IMG/VR virus record: IMGVR_UViG_3300024983_000001
Span: 136,745-200,744 of that record
Length of the DNA stretch: 64,000 nucleotides
Origin: a virus
Strand: one strand, 5' to 3'
Shown here: positions 44,850 through 53,354 of the stretch, in pieces
How positions within the stretch are numbered: position 1 is the first letter of the stretch
Layout of the letters: each line of letters begins with the position of its first letter
Notes under the pieces: generated by a model
Database searches by the model: none
What the model saw: the letters and a program-made list of their open reading frames with translations, nothing else
What the model was told of the DNA's origin: nothing
Translations under genes and position numbers: made by a program

Positions 44850-45350
44850 ATGTTAGTTTTTATTGATACGGAATTTACGAACTTTAAAGATATGGAGATG
44901 ATATCAATCGGTTTGGTATCGGCGGATAAATCCAAAGAGTTTTATATGGAGAATGCTGATTACGATCGTTATGCATGTTCTCCCTTTGTTAATGAAATAG
45001 TTATCCCGTTGTTATCAAGAACGCCTGATGTAATGCAACCAAAACTAAAAATTGAGGATGCGTTGCGTGAGTGGACTGAAACATTCGATGAGTCTGTGGA
45101 AATCGTAATTGACTATCTTGGTGATTGGGCGATACTGGTTGATTTGATGAATGGATCTTTACCACCGAACATGAAAAAGACACCTTTGTTCGTGCAGTCA
45201 CTAACGATGTTTAGTGAAAAGGCAGGAGAAGAATATGTTAAAGGTTGTCAACAATACTTTGATGAAACGGAGCAACATCCTCACCATGCGTTGAGTGATG
45301 CTAAATCTAATTTACATGGGTTTCATCAAGCAATGAAAATTTTATATTAA
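44850..45350 (+). CDS. DEDDh 3'-5' exoribonuclease (RNase AS-like)
   Basis: VFIDTEFT...ISIGLVS...EFY.E...HHALSDA. Confidence 0.85.
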   Translation: MLVFIDTEFTNFKDMEMISIGLVSADKSKEFYMENADYDRYACSPFVNEIVIPLLSRTPDVMQPKLKIEDALREWTETFDESVEIVIDYLGDWAILVDLMNGSLPPNMKKTPLFVQSLTMFSEKAGEEYVKGCQQYFDETEQHPHHALSDAKSNLHGFHQAMKILY

Positions 45351-45405
45351 TGGTTGACTTTTAAAACTGTTTAATATATAATTTATGGATAGTATGAAAT
45401 TTAGC

Positions 45406-45481
45406 GCCCAGTTAGCTCAGCGGTAGTAGCAACTGCCTTGTAAGCAGTAGGTCGTCTGTTCGATTCAGACACTGGGCACCA
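45406..45481 (+). tRNA. tRNA-Thr(TGT)
   Basis: ACTGC-CTTGTAA-GCAGT, ACCA. Confidence 0.95.
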
Positions 45482-45482
45482 A

Positions 45483-45534
45483 AAGACACTAACAGCAATT
45501 TATTTTTTTCATAAAAAAACCAAATTGTGTCTTG
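45483..45534 (+). ncRNA. AGACAC..ACAGCAA...GTGTCTTG element, copy 1 (skipping-rope-like)
   Basis: same frame as 63281-63409. Confidence 0.5.
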
Positions 45535-45589
45535 TTAAAATTTAATATGTTGTTGACTTTATCGAAGCTACAATATATAATAGTTAAAT

Positions 45590-46540
45590 GTTTGAAATTC
45601 TCCAACTATTAGTTGGCACCGAAGTAGATAGGTGAATTTGAATCTGCTTAGTATAAGGGTCTAATGCAACGTCAGTTGTACCTTATTAAAAGCAAAAAGT
45701 TTTGGGGCATGACCCTGATAATCTTCCGTAAGGTTGAAAAAGCGAGGACGCCTACGCACTCGCGCCAGCAATGGTCAATTCATGCAAGCCCGACCCACCT
45801 CGAGAGAGGCTGATCGTTGCCAACAGCGGTCATATGGGGGAAGTTAGAGATGTGGAAAGAATGGGTGTTTACAAGCCTGAATCGAAAGAGGATGGGAACT
45901 TGTGCACGTAGAGAGTAACAGGTTGTGCTGACCTCACATCTACACAAACTAACCATCCCAAAGGTGTAAAGGGTAGTGTAATGGTCCGAACCCGCAAGTA
46001 AGGGCTGTTATGCAGGTTGATGGGGGTGTGGTGTCTCGCAAGGGATGTCATAATTCCTGAAAACTGGTTGAGTAATCGGCAGATGAAAGACATGAGGAGT
46101 GTGGTATTTTGATGTCCAAAAGATATTGAATCCACAGGAAGCGCACTTCTTGGTAGGTACAAAAGGTTAGGGTTAAAAGCCCATATAAATTTGGATTATA
46201 TTACTTAAAAACGCAAAGTCGTTTCCAGCGTTGTACTAAAGTGGCTTAATCCTCTAGTCGCGAGACAATAGAGGCGTCCGAAACTCGCAAGGTCGAAGAT
46301 GTTGAATGAAAGTTGCACGGTGGCCCGCAAGCCTTCATAGTTCGCAAGACTGACGGTATACAGAAATTCGAGTAATACAACGTGATGAGTGAACCGCCCC
46401 ACTCTAAAAAAGGCAGTCATGTTAACAGACGGTAGTGTGCGCAAGCAGCTATTGTGGATAAGAGTAGAACCGTGGGTGTCGCAGCCTATACGGATAATGA
46501 CTCGAAGGTGTTAATATATAAAGTATAATCTCAGCTTTAT
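45590..46540 (+). ncRNA. GOLLD RNA
   Basis: ~950 nt non-coding, own promoter (45553/45576), many GCAA/GAAA tetraloop hairpins, 3' blocks ACAACGTGATGAGT..CCGCC..ACTCTAAAAAAGGCAG, GGATAAGAGTAGAA, TAATCTCAGC recalled from GOLLD; flanked by tRNAs; 5' end approximate. Confidence 0.8.
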
Positions 46541-46555
46541 AAATAGTATTATAAT

Positions 46556-46632
46556 CGGACATTAGCACAGCTTGGTAGTGCGCTTGCTTTGGGAGCATGA
46601 GGTCGTAGGTTCGAATCCTACATGTCCGACCA
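46556..46632 (+). tRNA. tRNA-Pro(TGG)
   Basis: loop TTTGGGA, ACCA. Confidence 0.95.
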
Positions 46633-46637
46633 TCAAT

Positions 46638-46713
46638 GCGGGTGTATCTCAGTTGGTAGAGAGCTTGCTTGCCAAGCAAGATGTCGTGAGTTCGAATCTC
46701 ATCACCCGCTCCA
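46638..46713 (+). tRNA. tRNA-Gly(GCC)
   Basis: CTTGC-TTGCCAA-GCAAG, CCA. Confidence 0.95.
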
Positions 46714-46734
46714 TCATTTTTCTGAATATAACAT

Positions 46735-47013
46735 ATGAATTGTGATAAACTTCAAGAACTATTACAAAACGGTTCTCTCATTATCGATGTTCGTCATCCT
46801 GACGAATTTGTCAAAGGCAATATAGCCGGTTCAATTAACATTCCCTTGCATCAAATCCCCCACAATTTAGACCAAATCAAAGACAAAAGCGTTTTCTTGT
46901 ATTGCCGTTCTGGTGCCCGTAGTGAACTAGCAAAACAATATCTATTAACCGAAGGTGTTGATGCTCACAACTTAGGTGGCATCAACGATTATATTGGTTG
47001 CGTCAACTTTTAA
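46735..47013 (+). CDS. single-domain rhodanese/sulfurtransferase
   Basis: IIDVR.PDEF..G.I.GSINIP...LYCRSGARS. Confidence 0.9.
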   Translation: MNCDKLQELLQNGSLIIDVRHPDEFVKGNIAGSINIPLHQIPHNLDQIKDKSVFLYCRSGARSELAKQYLLTEGVDAHNLGGINDYIGCVNF

Positions 47014-47987
47014 TTGACGTGTGACATAAAAATATCGTGTGCCTGCTGCCAAGACCACTTATTGTGTGCAGCAACAGCAACGATATCCCTATCAAGCGAT
47101 AAGCATTCGTTGATTGCTTTATTTAAATCTTCGTAATAAAACCCTGTTGTGCCGTGAGTAATTGCATCAGTTGGACCAGTTACGGGATATGCGGCGACTG
47201 GCGTACCCATACTCATAGATTCAATCATTACTAAACCAAATGTATCAGTTAAACTTGTAAACACCATACAATCTGCATTCGCGTAGATTTGTCCTAATTC
47301 GTAGCCGTGTTTGTAGCCCAAAAATTCAACATTGGGATATTTCTGCTTAAGCTCTTCGAGGTATGGGCCATCGCCGACAAGCTGTAGTTGGAATTTGTTA
47401 GTGTCTAACTTACAAAATGCATCTAAATTTTTTTCCCTGCTTACTCGACCAACAGAAACCAAAACAGGTTTTTCGTGTTGGATTTGTTCAGTACGGGGCT
47501 GTCCAAATAGTTCTACATCAACCCCCCGAGTCCACGATACGGCATTCGTTATTCGTTGTTCATACAATTCCATACACATCGTTTCGGTTGTTGTTAATAC
47601 AGCCGTAGCATGTTTATGAAACCATCTTAAAAAGGCCCACGTAATTCCTTTTGGAACATGAGCAAGTTCGTACAAAAAATCAGGAAATTTGGTGTGATAT
47701 GCTGTCGTATATGGCACATTGTGGTATTCGCAATACGTTCTAGCAACCACACCCATTACTCCCTCGGTGGCGATGTGTACATGAGTTGGAGTTAATTCTT
47801 TGATCGTTTTCCAAACTTTCACCGGCTCTGTGCAAATCTGAACTTCAGGATACACCGAAAAGGAAGTCCATTTAAACATGCCGGGATGAAGAATGTGCAG
47901 TTGTCCTGGAGATAGTTTTAGAATATTTTTGTAGGTGGTAGATACACCATTTACTTGTTCAAACGTATCAGTTACTATAAGATTCAT
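47010..47987 (-). CDS. GT4 glycosyltransferase (Agt-like glycolipid synthase)
   Basis: PQVNGV-like EQVNGV, HIATEG..G, WTRGVD, VGRVSREKNL, SLTDTFGLVMIESM. Confidence 0.85.
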   Translation of the reverse strand: MNLIVTDTFEQVNGVSTTYKNILKLSPGQLHILHPGMFKWTSFSVYPEVQICTEPVKVWKTIKELTPTHVHIATEGVMGVVARTYCEYHNVPYTTAYHTKFPDFLYELAHVPKGITWAFLRWFHKHATAVLTTTETMCMELYEQRITNAVSWTRGVDVELFGQPRTEQIQHEKPVLVSVGRVSREKNLDAFCKLDTNKFQLQLVGDGPYLEELKQKYPNVEFLGYKHGYELGQIYANADCMVFTSLTDTFGLVMIESMSMGTPVAAYPVTGPTDAITHGTTGFYYEDLNKAINECLSLDRDIVAVAAHNKWSWQQAHDIFMSHVN

Positions 47988-48154
47988 TTTTGTTTGCATT
48001 GTCCTGTTATTTTGAACGATTTGAATTTAACCCAAAAGGTCATTGTTTTCAGTGTTTGTTCGCATTCGTGTTGAGATGATAATTCGAGTGTAACGCTTGC
48101 TGGAATATCCGTTGGGTTGGATATGTTTACGGCGGTTAATAATAACAACCACAT
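47984..48154 (-). CDS. small exported hypothetical protein
   Basis: 56-aa ORF read by hand, ATGA-coupled to the GT. Confidence 0.55.
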   Translation of the reverse strand: MWLLLLTAVNISNPTDIPASVTLELSSQHECEQTLKTMTFWVKFKSFKITGQCKQK

Positions 48155-48157
48155 AGT

Positions 48158-48931
48158 TTATTGTTCTTTTTGTCCTGATTCGGGTTGGTTTAACCAATGA
48201 ACTATTTTTAATTGTCCATCAGTTGTTTCAACAACAGCTGTAAGGCTTTCCACCCAGTCGCCTGTGTTGATGTAAAGAACGCCGTCTATAGTTTTCATTT
48301 CAGCGTGGTGTATGTGTCCACATAACACAGCATCAGTTTCTTTGTGATGTGCTTGTTTGACGACACTATTTTCGTAATCGCCTACAAAGTTGACGGCCTG
48401 TTTAACATTTTGTTTAACATAAGCTGAAAGTGACCAGTACTTCAAACCTAATTTGCTACGAACATAGTTAAAAACGGTGTTGAGGGATAGAAGAGTTTCA
48501 TAACCAATGTCGCCAAGCACAGCAACCCACTTATGATAACGAGTTACTATGTCAAATTCGTCGCCGTGAACAACGTAAATCTTGGTACCTTCGTTAGTAA
48601 CGTGGATATAATCACGATGTATTTCAATGTTTCCGATATCGATGTTGGTATAATCACGTATTGGCTCGTCGTGATTACCAGGAACGTATATTACCTTTGT
48701 TCCGTGGCGAGACATTTTGATTATTTGCTGAACGATAGCATTGTGCGCATTCGTCCATTTGGAACCCCGTTTAAGAGCCCAAAAATCGATGATGTCTCCT
48801 ACCAAAAACAAATAATCGCAGGTGTAAGTTTTTAAAAATTTCAAAAGATGTTTGGTTTGACAGCCTTTAGAACCGAGATGTGTATCCGATATCCAAATAG
48901 TACGGTGGTGCAGTTGTGTTTTTGGTGACAT
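48158..48931 (-). CDS. LpxH-like metallophosphoesterase (PlcP-like phospholipase C)
   Basis: RTIWISDTHLG..GC, LVGDIID, PGNHDE, HGDEFD, CGHIHH, NTGDWVE. Confidence 0.85.
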   Translation of the reverse strand: MSPKTQLHHRTIWISDTHLGSKGCQTKHLLKFLKTYTCDYLFLVGDIIDFWALKRGSKWTNAHNAIVQQIIKMSRHGTKVIYVPGNHDEPIRDYTNIDIGNIEIHRDYIHVTNEGTKIYVVHGDEFDIVTRYHKWVAVLGDIGYETLLSLNTVFNYVRSKLGLKYWSLSAYVKQNVKQAVNFVGDYENSVVKQAHHKETDAVLCGHIHHAEMKTIDGVLYINTGDWVESLTAVVETTDGQLKIVHWLNQPESGQKEQ

Positions 48932-49005
48932 ATGTTCATCCTATATTCTATAATTTATATAACATTATTTATTATACCCACGTAATAACGCGGGAATTAA
49001 GTCTG

Positions 49006-49038
49006 TTATATTAAGGATTTATTAAAGATTTATTAAAT
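49006..49038 (-). promoter_or_regulatory. Pho-box-like triple 11-bp direct repeat
   Basis: minus strand ATTTAATAAAT-CTTTAATAAAT-CCTTAATATAA upstream of the plcP-like gene. Confidence 0.45.
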
Positions 49039-49110
49039 AGGGTAAAGATGTTGACTTAATGCTGGTGCCGTATTATAATGAATCAACTTAATCGCTAAAG
49101 AGATTTGATC

Positions 49111-49455
49111 ATGTTGATATATCTGGCAGCACCCTATTCGTCCAAGGATCCTAAGGTTACGGAAGAACGCATCCGACAATTTTGTCGTGCTGATGCAAAT
49201 TTATCTGCATTGGGTATTGCTACAATTTCTCCACTGCTGAAACATTTGGTGTTGCAATACGAGCCACTACCCGGGGATTGGAATTATTGGAAAGATTATT
49301 CCGAGACGCTCCTACGCAAGTGTGACAAAATGATTGTGTTGATGCTTGATGGGTGGCAAGAATCTGTTGGAGTACAAGCGGAAATTGAGCTATGCCAGCA
49401 GCTAAATATTCCTATCAAATATATGTTACCGGAGAATTATGCCGGGGAATTGTGA
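49111..49455 (+). CDS. DUF1937-family (NDT-like fold) protein
   Basis: IYLAAPYS...W...LL.KCD.MIVL.L.GW.ES.GV.AEI. Confidence 0.8.
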   Translation: MLIYLAAPYSSKDPKVTEERIRQFCRADANLSALGIATISPLLKHLVLQYEPLPGDWNYWKDYSETLLRKCDKMIVLMLDGWQESVGVQAEIELCQQLNIPIKYMLPENYAGEL

Positions 49456-49465
49456 GATAAAATAA

Positions 49466-50263
49466 GTGAAAATCATTAGCAAATTTCGAGATTATTATGA
49501 TTCGGCTATGGCTACGGGTCAAGATTTGACTCATATCTACTACCGTGCCGAAGAAGCGCATGGCAAATTGCCGAATGGTTTTGAGTTTTTGCGCCCGTTC
49601 AATATTGGTGATTATAGTCGTTATAGTGATCACAAACGTATTGAGTGGTCAGGCAATGGCTTTGGATTGCAAATCATTAAAGTAGCTTTTGGTGGCTATG
49701 TATATGATGGCGTCAAGGTAGTGCAGACTCGCCCGGTCAAAAACATTGATCCACCACCTTCACCGTTTGTGGGCTTTCAACCCGTAACTCGTTTCTTTTA
49801 TGATATTAACGAGTTGTCGGATTTTATGACAAAATACGGGCAAACGTGGTTTTTTCATGATTCAAAGTGGCGCTTCTCCCACAGAGAATCAGCGAAAAAG
49901 GCAATTGGTGCATATCTAACAAATAGTCCCGATAAACAAATGTATGACAAATTTGTTGACAAACGCTTGCCTGTAGCTGTATATGATCCTGTAGCTGATT
50001 TATATAAATCACATCACGCGGATGTTCCATCCCCCGCATTCGTTGAAAATGCTCGTCTATCAGATTATCAATTTTTTAAAAAACTTGATGCATTCACCGC
50101 ATATCAAGAACTCGATATGTTTGTGTCGGGTGTTGTGGCGCCAGAAAATAAACCTATGGTTGCTATTGACGACAAACATAAGGCTTATCAACACGGATTC
50201 GATTGTTACAGCTTCCGAACTGGCCCATCCAAAAAAAGAGCAAAGCGTTGTAAAGCGCCATGA
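49466..50263 (+). CDS. conserved phage hypothetical protein
   Basis: MKIISKFRDYYD...K...HGFD. Confidence 0.75.
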   Translation: MKIISKFRDYYDSAMATGQDLTHIYYRAEEAHGKLPNGFEFLRPFNIGDYSRYSDHKRIEWSGNGFGLQIIKVAFGGYVYDGVKVVQTRPVKNIDPPPSPFVGFQPVTRFFYDINELSDFMTKYGQTWFFHDSKWRFSHRESAKKAIGAYLTNSPDKQMYDKFVDKRLPVAVYDPVADLYKSHHADVPSPAFVENARLSDYQFFKKLDAFTAYQELDMFVSGVVAPENKPMVAIDDKHKAYQHGFDCYSFRTGPSKKRAKRCKAP

Positions 50264-50272
50264 AGACTACTG

Positions 50273-50710
50273 ATGATTACAACCCACGGCAATATTGAAA
50301 TCCCTCAATCTATTATCGATCACGCCGATTTGATAAAGTTCGAAAACTATAAAGTTAATACCCCGACAGAATTTCAGATTAATCGGTATGCTGTTGGTAG
50401 TGAAGCTCTTGTGCGCGACTTGAGTATAGTGACTAACATTCCTGAAGAGAAGCTGGATTTTGTGTTTTTTAGCGTGTGCAACGGCGCCGAACCACACGTC
50501 GATGCGCTGGATGGCACAAAATTTGAAGACACAACTTTTGTTATTCCTGTTATCTTGCCAGGTGGGGTATCTATAATTACGGCCGAAGAGTATTCAAGTG
50601 CGGTCTGTGTTGGTGGTGTTTATGAATTTGACCATACAAAAATTCATTCGATGACTGTTGAAGACAATAAAAGCGGTTGTGTCGTAATAATGGTAGCAGT
50701 TAAAAAATAG
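50273..50710 (+). CDS. possible 2OG-Fe(II) oxygenase-fold protein
   Basis: PHVD...H (HxD...H) pattern. Confidence 0.5.
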   Translation: MITTHGNIEIPQSIIDHADLIKFENYKVNTPTEFQINRYAVGSEALVRDLSIVTNIPEEKLDFVFFSVCNGAEPHVDALDGTKFEDTTFVIPVILPGGVSIITAEEYSSAVCVGGVYEFDHTKIHSMTVEDNKSGCVVIMVAVKK

Positions 50711-50725
50711 GTGATTGGAGAGACA

Positions 50726-50962
50726 ATGTACAAAATTATTTTATCGGGCTTTCGTACTAAAGACGAAGCAAAGAAATTTCTCGAGTGGTACGAAGGTCAG
50801 GGCGAACAGGATGAAACCATTGGTATATGGATGGGCGACGAGGGAATGAGTTTGTTGTGCGATATGCAAACGGGCATGATCGAACATCCCGATGGATATG
50901 AATACAAGCTGAAAATCTATGATGGTAGTGAAGAAGATGAAGATGAAGATGAAGATTATTAA
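50726..50962 (+). CDS. hypothetical protein with acidic tail
   Basis: ORF+GGAG RBS. Confidence 0.7.
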   Translation: MYKIILSGFRTKDEAKKFLEWYEGQGEQDETIGIWMGDEGMSLLCDMQTGMIEHPDGYEYKLKIYDGSEEDEDEDEDY

Positions 50963-50971
50963 AGGGAAATT

Positions 50972-51490
50972 GTGATGTTGACGCCAGAAGAAACAATTGA
51001 GCTTAAACAACTGCAACAGAGATTACAGCCTGAGCCGCCGACACTTGATGAGAAGGATCATGCACTTGCTAATGCTCGATATGCATTTGACAGTTTGATG
51101 TGGGATTATGTACACGACCTTATGTTGTATGTAGTGATGAAAGAAGGTCTTGGTGATGAGTTTACCTCCGACAAACAATTGATCGAATTTATTGGTAATG
51201 AAAAAATTACTTCGCGTGCTATATCCACATTACGTTATCTAGCCAAAACAATGGCAGAGGATGAGCCAGGTGAGCCGTGGGATGCCTTCGGCAGTAAACA
51301 TTTGCGGGAATCTATATATGCTTCGCACGGTGGAGACTGTACCGCCATAGCAGCAACCTGCGAACGCTGCTGGGCAGAAGCTCAATACAAATTACCGTGG
51401 TCGGCTGACTGGGATGGAAAGAGTGAGGGTCATAAACTATATTATAGAGCAGTAACCCTCGAAAAGAAATTGGTCGACTCGGAAGAATAA
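50972..51490 (+). CDS. hypothetical protein
   Basis: ORF. Confidence 0.7.
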   Translation: MMLTPEETIELKQLQQRLQPEPPTLDEKDHALANARYAFDSLMWDYVHDLMLYVVMKEGLGDEFTSDKQLIEFIGNEKITSRAISTLRYLAKTMAEDEPGEPWDAFGSKHLRESIYASHGGDCTAIAATCERCWAEAQYKLPWSADWDGKSEGHKLYYRAVTLEKKLVDSEE

Positions 51491-51588
51491 ATCATATATA
51501 AAAATAGCATCCACATGGGTGTGTGGATGTTTACTTAACTGACTTTAATATGGGTTGCTAGTCAGTCGACCGTTGAATAGGAGAAATC

Positions 51589-52440
51589 ATGATGTACAAT
51601 AATAAGCTAGTTGTAGCTATCAAATCTGGTGGTAAAGTCCTTCGGGAATTCAAAGATCAAGTGTTTGTGCCGTTTGGCTCAGAATACATAATCCTCATAA
51701 AAAACTTAAATTCGGTTCGCGCTCAAGTCAAATTGTCTATTGATGGCAATGATGTCGGGGATGGTTCGTCGTTTGTTGTTGACGCAAATAAAGAAGTTGA
51801 ACTTACCCGTTTTATCAAAAATGGTAATTTGGAAAAGGGGAACCGCTTCAAATTTATCGAACGCACACCCGGTGTTGAATCACATCGTGGTATTGGTATT
51901 GAAGACGGTTTAGTACGTGTCGAATTTCAATTTGAAAAGCCAAGTTTGTTTGACCAGTATAAACTGTGGGAGGATTTCAACAAACGCTGTTGTCCTTCCC
52001 CAACATATGGACCTATCGGGGGAGGTTATGGTGGTGTTCTTGGTGGCCAGTGGTTAAGCAGCACTACAACTTATAGTTCCACCAACATATCCACTGATGC
52101 AGCGCCCCACGCTGCATCCGGAGTTTTGCGAGGTTCGGGTGAAGTGTTGAATCAAAGTAATTACAATGTCACAGCCCAAGCAACAAAAAGCATTAATGAA
52201 GTTGGTGTTACTGTGCCAGGTTCTGTATCAGACCAAAAGTTTGAAACGGTGGTGATGCGTGAACTTGAGTTGGAAAAACATGTAATTGTGCTGAAACTGC
52301 TTGGAGAAACCGAATGTGGCATTGAAGTTGTTGCCCCCGTTACGGTTAAAGCTAAGCCTAAGTGTATTACATGCGGCAAATTAAACAAAGCAACGGCAAA
52401 ATTTTGTTCTGAGTGTGGAACATCATTAACGATTGTGTAA
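51589..52440 (+). CDS. conserved phage protein with C-terminal zinc ribbon
   Basis: YIILIKNLNSVRA.V...IDG; CITCG...KFCSECG. Confidence 0.75.
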   Translation: MMYNNKLVVAIKSGGKVLREFKDQVFVPFGSEYIILIKNLNSVRAQVKLSIDGNDVGDGSSFVVDANKEVELTRFIKNGNLEKGNRFKFIERTPGVESHRGIGIEDGLVRVEFQFEKPSLFDQYKLWEDFNKRCCPSPTYGPIGGGYGGVLGGQWLSSTTTYSSTNISTDAAPHAASGVLRGSGEVLNQSNYNVTAQATKSINEVGVTVPGSVSDQKFETVVMRELELEKHVIVLKLLGETECGIEVVAPVTVKAKPKCITCGKLNKATAKFCSECGTSLTIV

Positions 52441-52550
52441 ATGCTCGTACCGTTTTTGTAATAGAAATAGGGGGCCTTGGCCCCCTATTTTATTGGGCGG
52501 AGTTAAAATAACCATATAAATATGACAATAACTTTTTGAAGGGGTGTTAA

Positions 52551-52919
52551 ATGGCTGAAACATATTGGGGGTACCACGTAATGTTAGATTGTGCGCGCTG
52601 CAATCACGAAAAGATGACCGATAAGCAGAATATTAACAATTTTGTTAAGGATTTGATTGTGCGTATTGATATGGTGCCCATTGGTGAACCATGGATTGAA
52701 TTGACGGCTGTGGATTTGCCTGAAAAAAGTGGATACAGTTTATTCCAAATGATTGTTACGAGCAACATTTCCGGTCATTTTATTGATGCTACAAATGAAG
52801 TATACCTTGACGTTTTTTCGTGCAAACCATTCGATATTAATGTGGTAAAAGATACTGTTGAACAATATTTTATGCCGGAAAAAATTAGGCTTAATTACAT
52901 TACTAGAAATGCTGGGTAG
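52551..52919 (+). CDS. speD: S-adenosylmethionine decarboxylase proenzyme (phage type)
   Basis: YHVMLDC...GYSLFQMIVTSNISGHF...YLDVFSCKPFD. Confidence 0.8.
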   Translation: MAETYWGYHVMLDCARCNHEKMTDKQNINNFVKDLIVRIDMVPIGEPWIELTAVDLPEKSGYSLFQMIVTSNISGHFIDATNEVYLDVFSCKPFDINVVKDTVEQYFMPEKIRLNYITRNAG

Positions 52920-53035
52920 TTGATTTAATAATTTTTTTGTGTTATACTATTAACTACATATTTAATAGGATATTGCACATTACACAAGAGAGGCGCATTG
53001 AATACATCAAAACGATTATACACGGCGATCATGAT

Positions 53036-53287
53036 ATGCGACAAGAGCAGCTAGTGGGCGTATTGAAAAACCTTCGGTGGGGCCAAAAATATTTTTTTGG
53101 ACCTGTTGATGTATTTAAGCAACACAATCGCGATATTTACTATGTTATCGGCGGCCCTGTCGACAATCGCACCGGGTGGACAGACCCACATTTGTGTGAC
53201 GATGAACGAGCCAAATTACAAATAGTGCCAATTACCGAAGTGTTGGATCGCATCGATACTATTCCCAGTTGGTGGAACAATAATTAA
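53036..53287 (+). CDS. hypothetical protein
   Basis: ORF. Confidence 0.55.
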   Translation: MRQEQLVGVLKNLRWGQKYFFGPVDVFKQHNRDIYYVIGGPVDNRTGWTDPHLCDDERAKLQIVPITEVLDRIDTIPSWWNNN

Positions 53288-53354
53288 TTTTGTTGATTTT
53301 TTCTGGTAACTACCGGAAAATAATATAATATTGAAAATATTGTGGAGAGATAAA

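Noticed and set aside
45869-46679. Minus-strand ORFs over 45.9-46.7 kb
   Set aside because: They lie antisense to GOLLD and tRNAs.
50930-50958. GAAGAT tandem repeat
   Set aside because: It simply encodes an acidic Glu/Asp tail.
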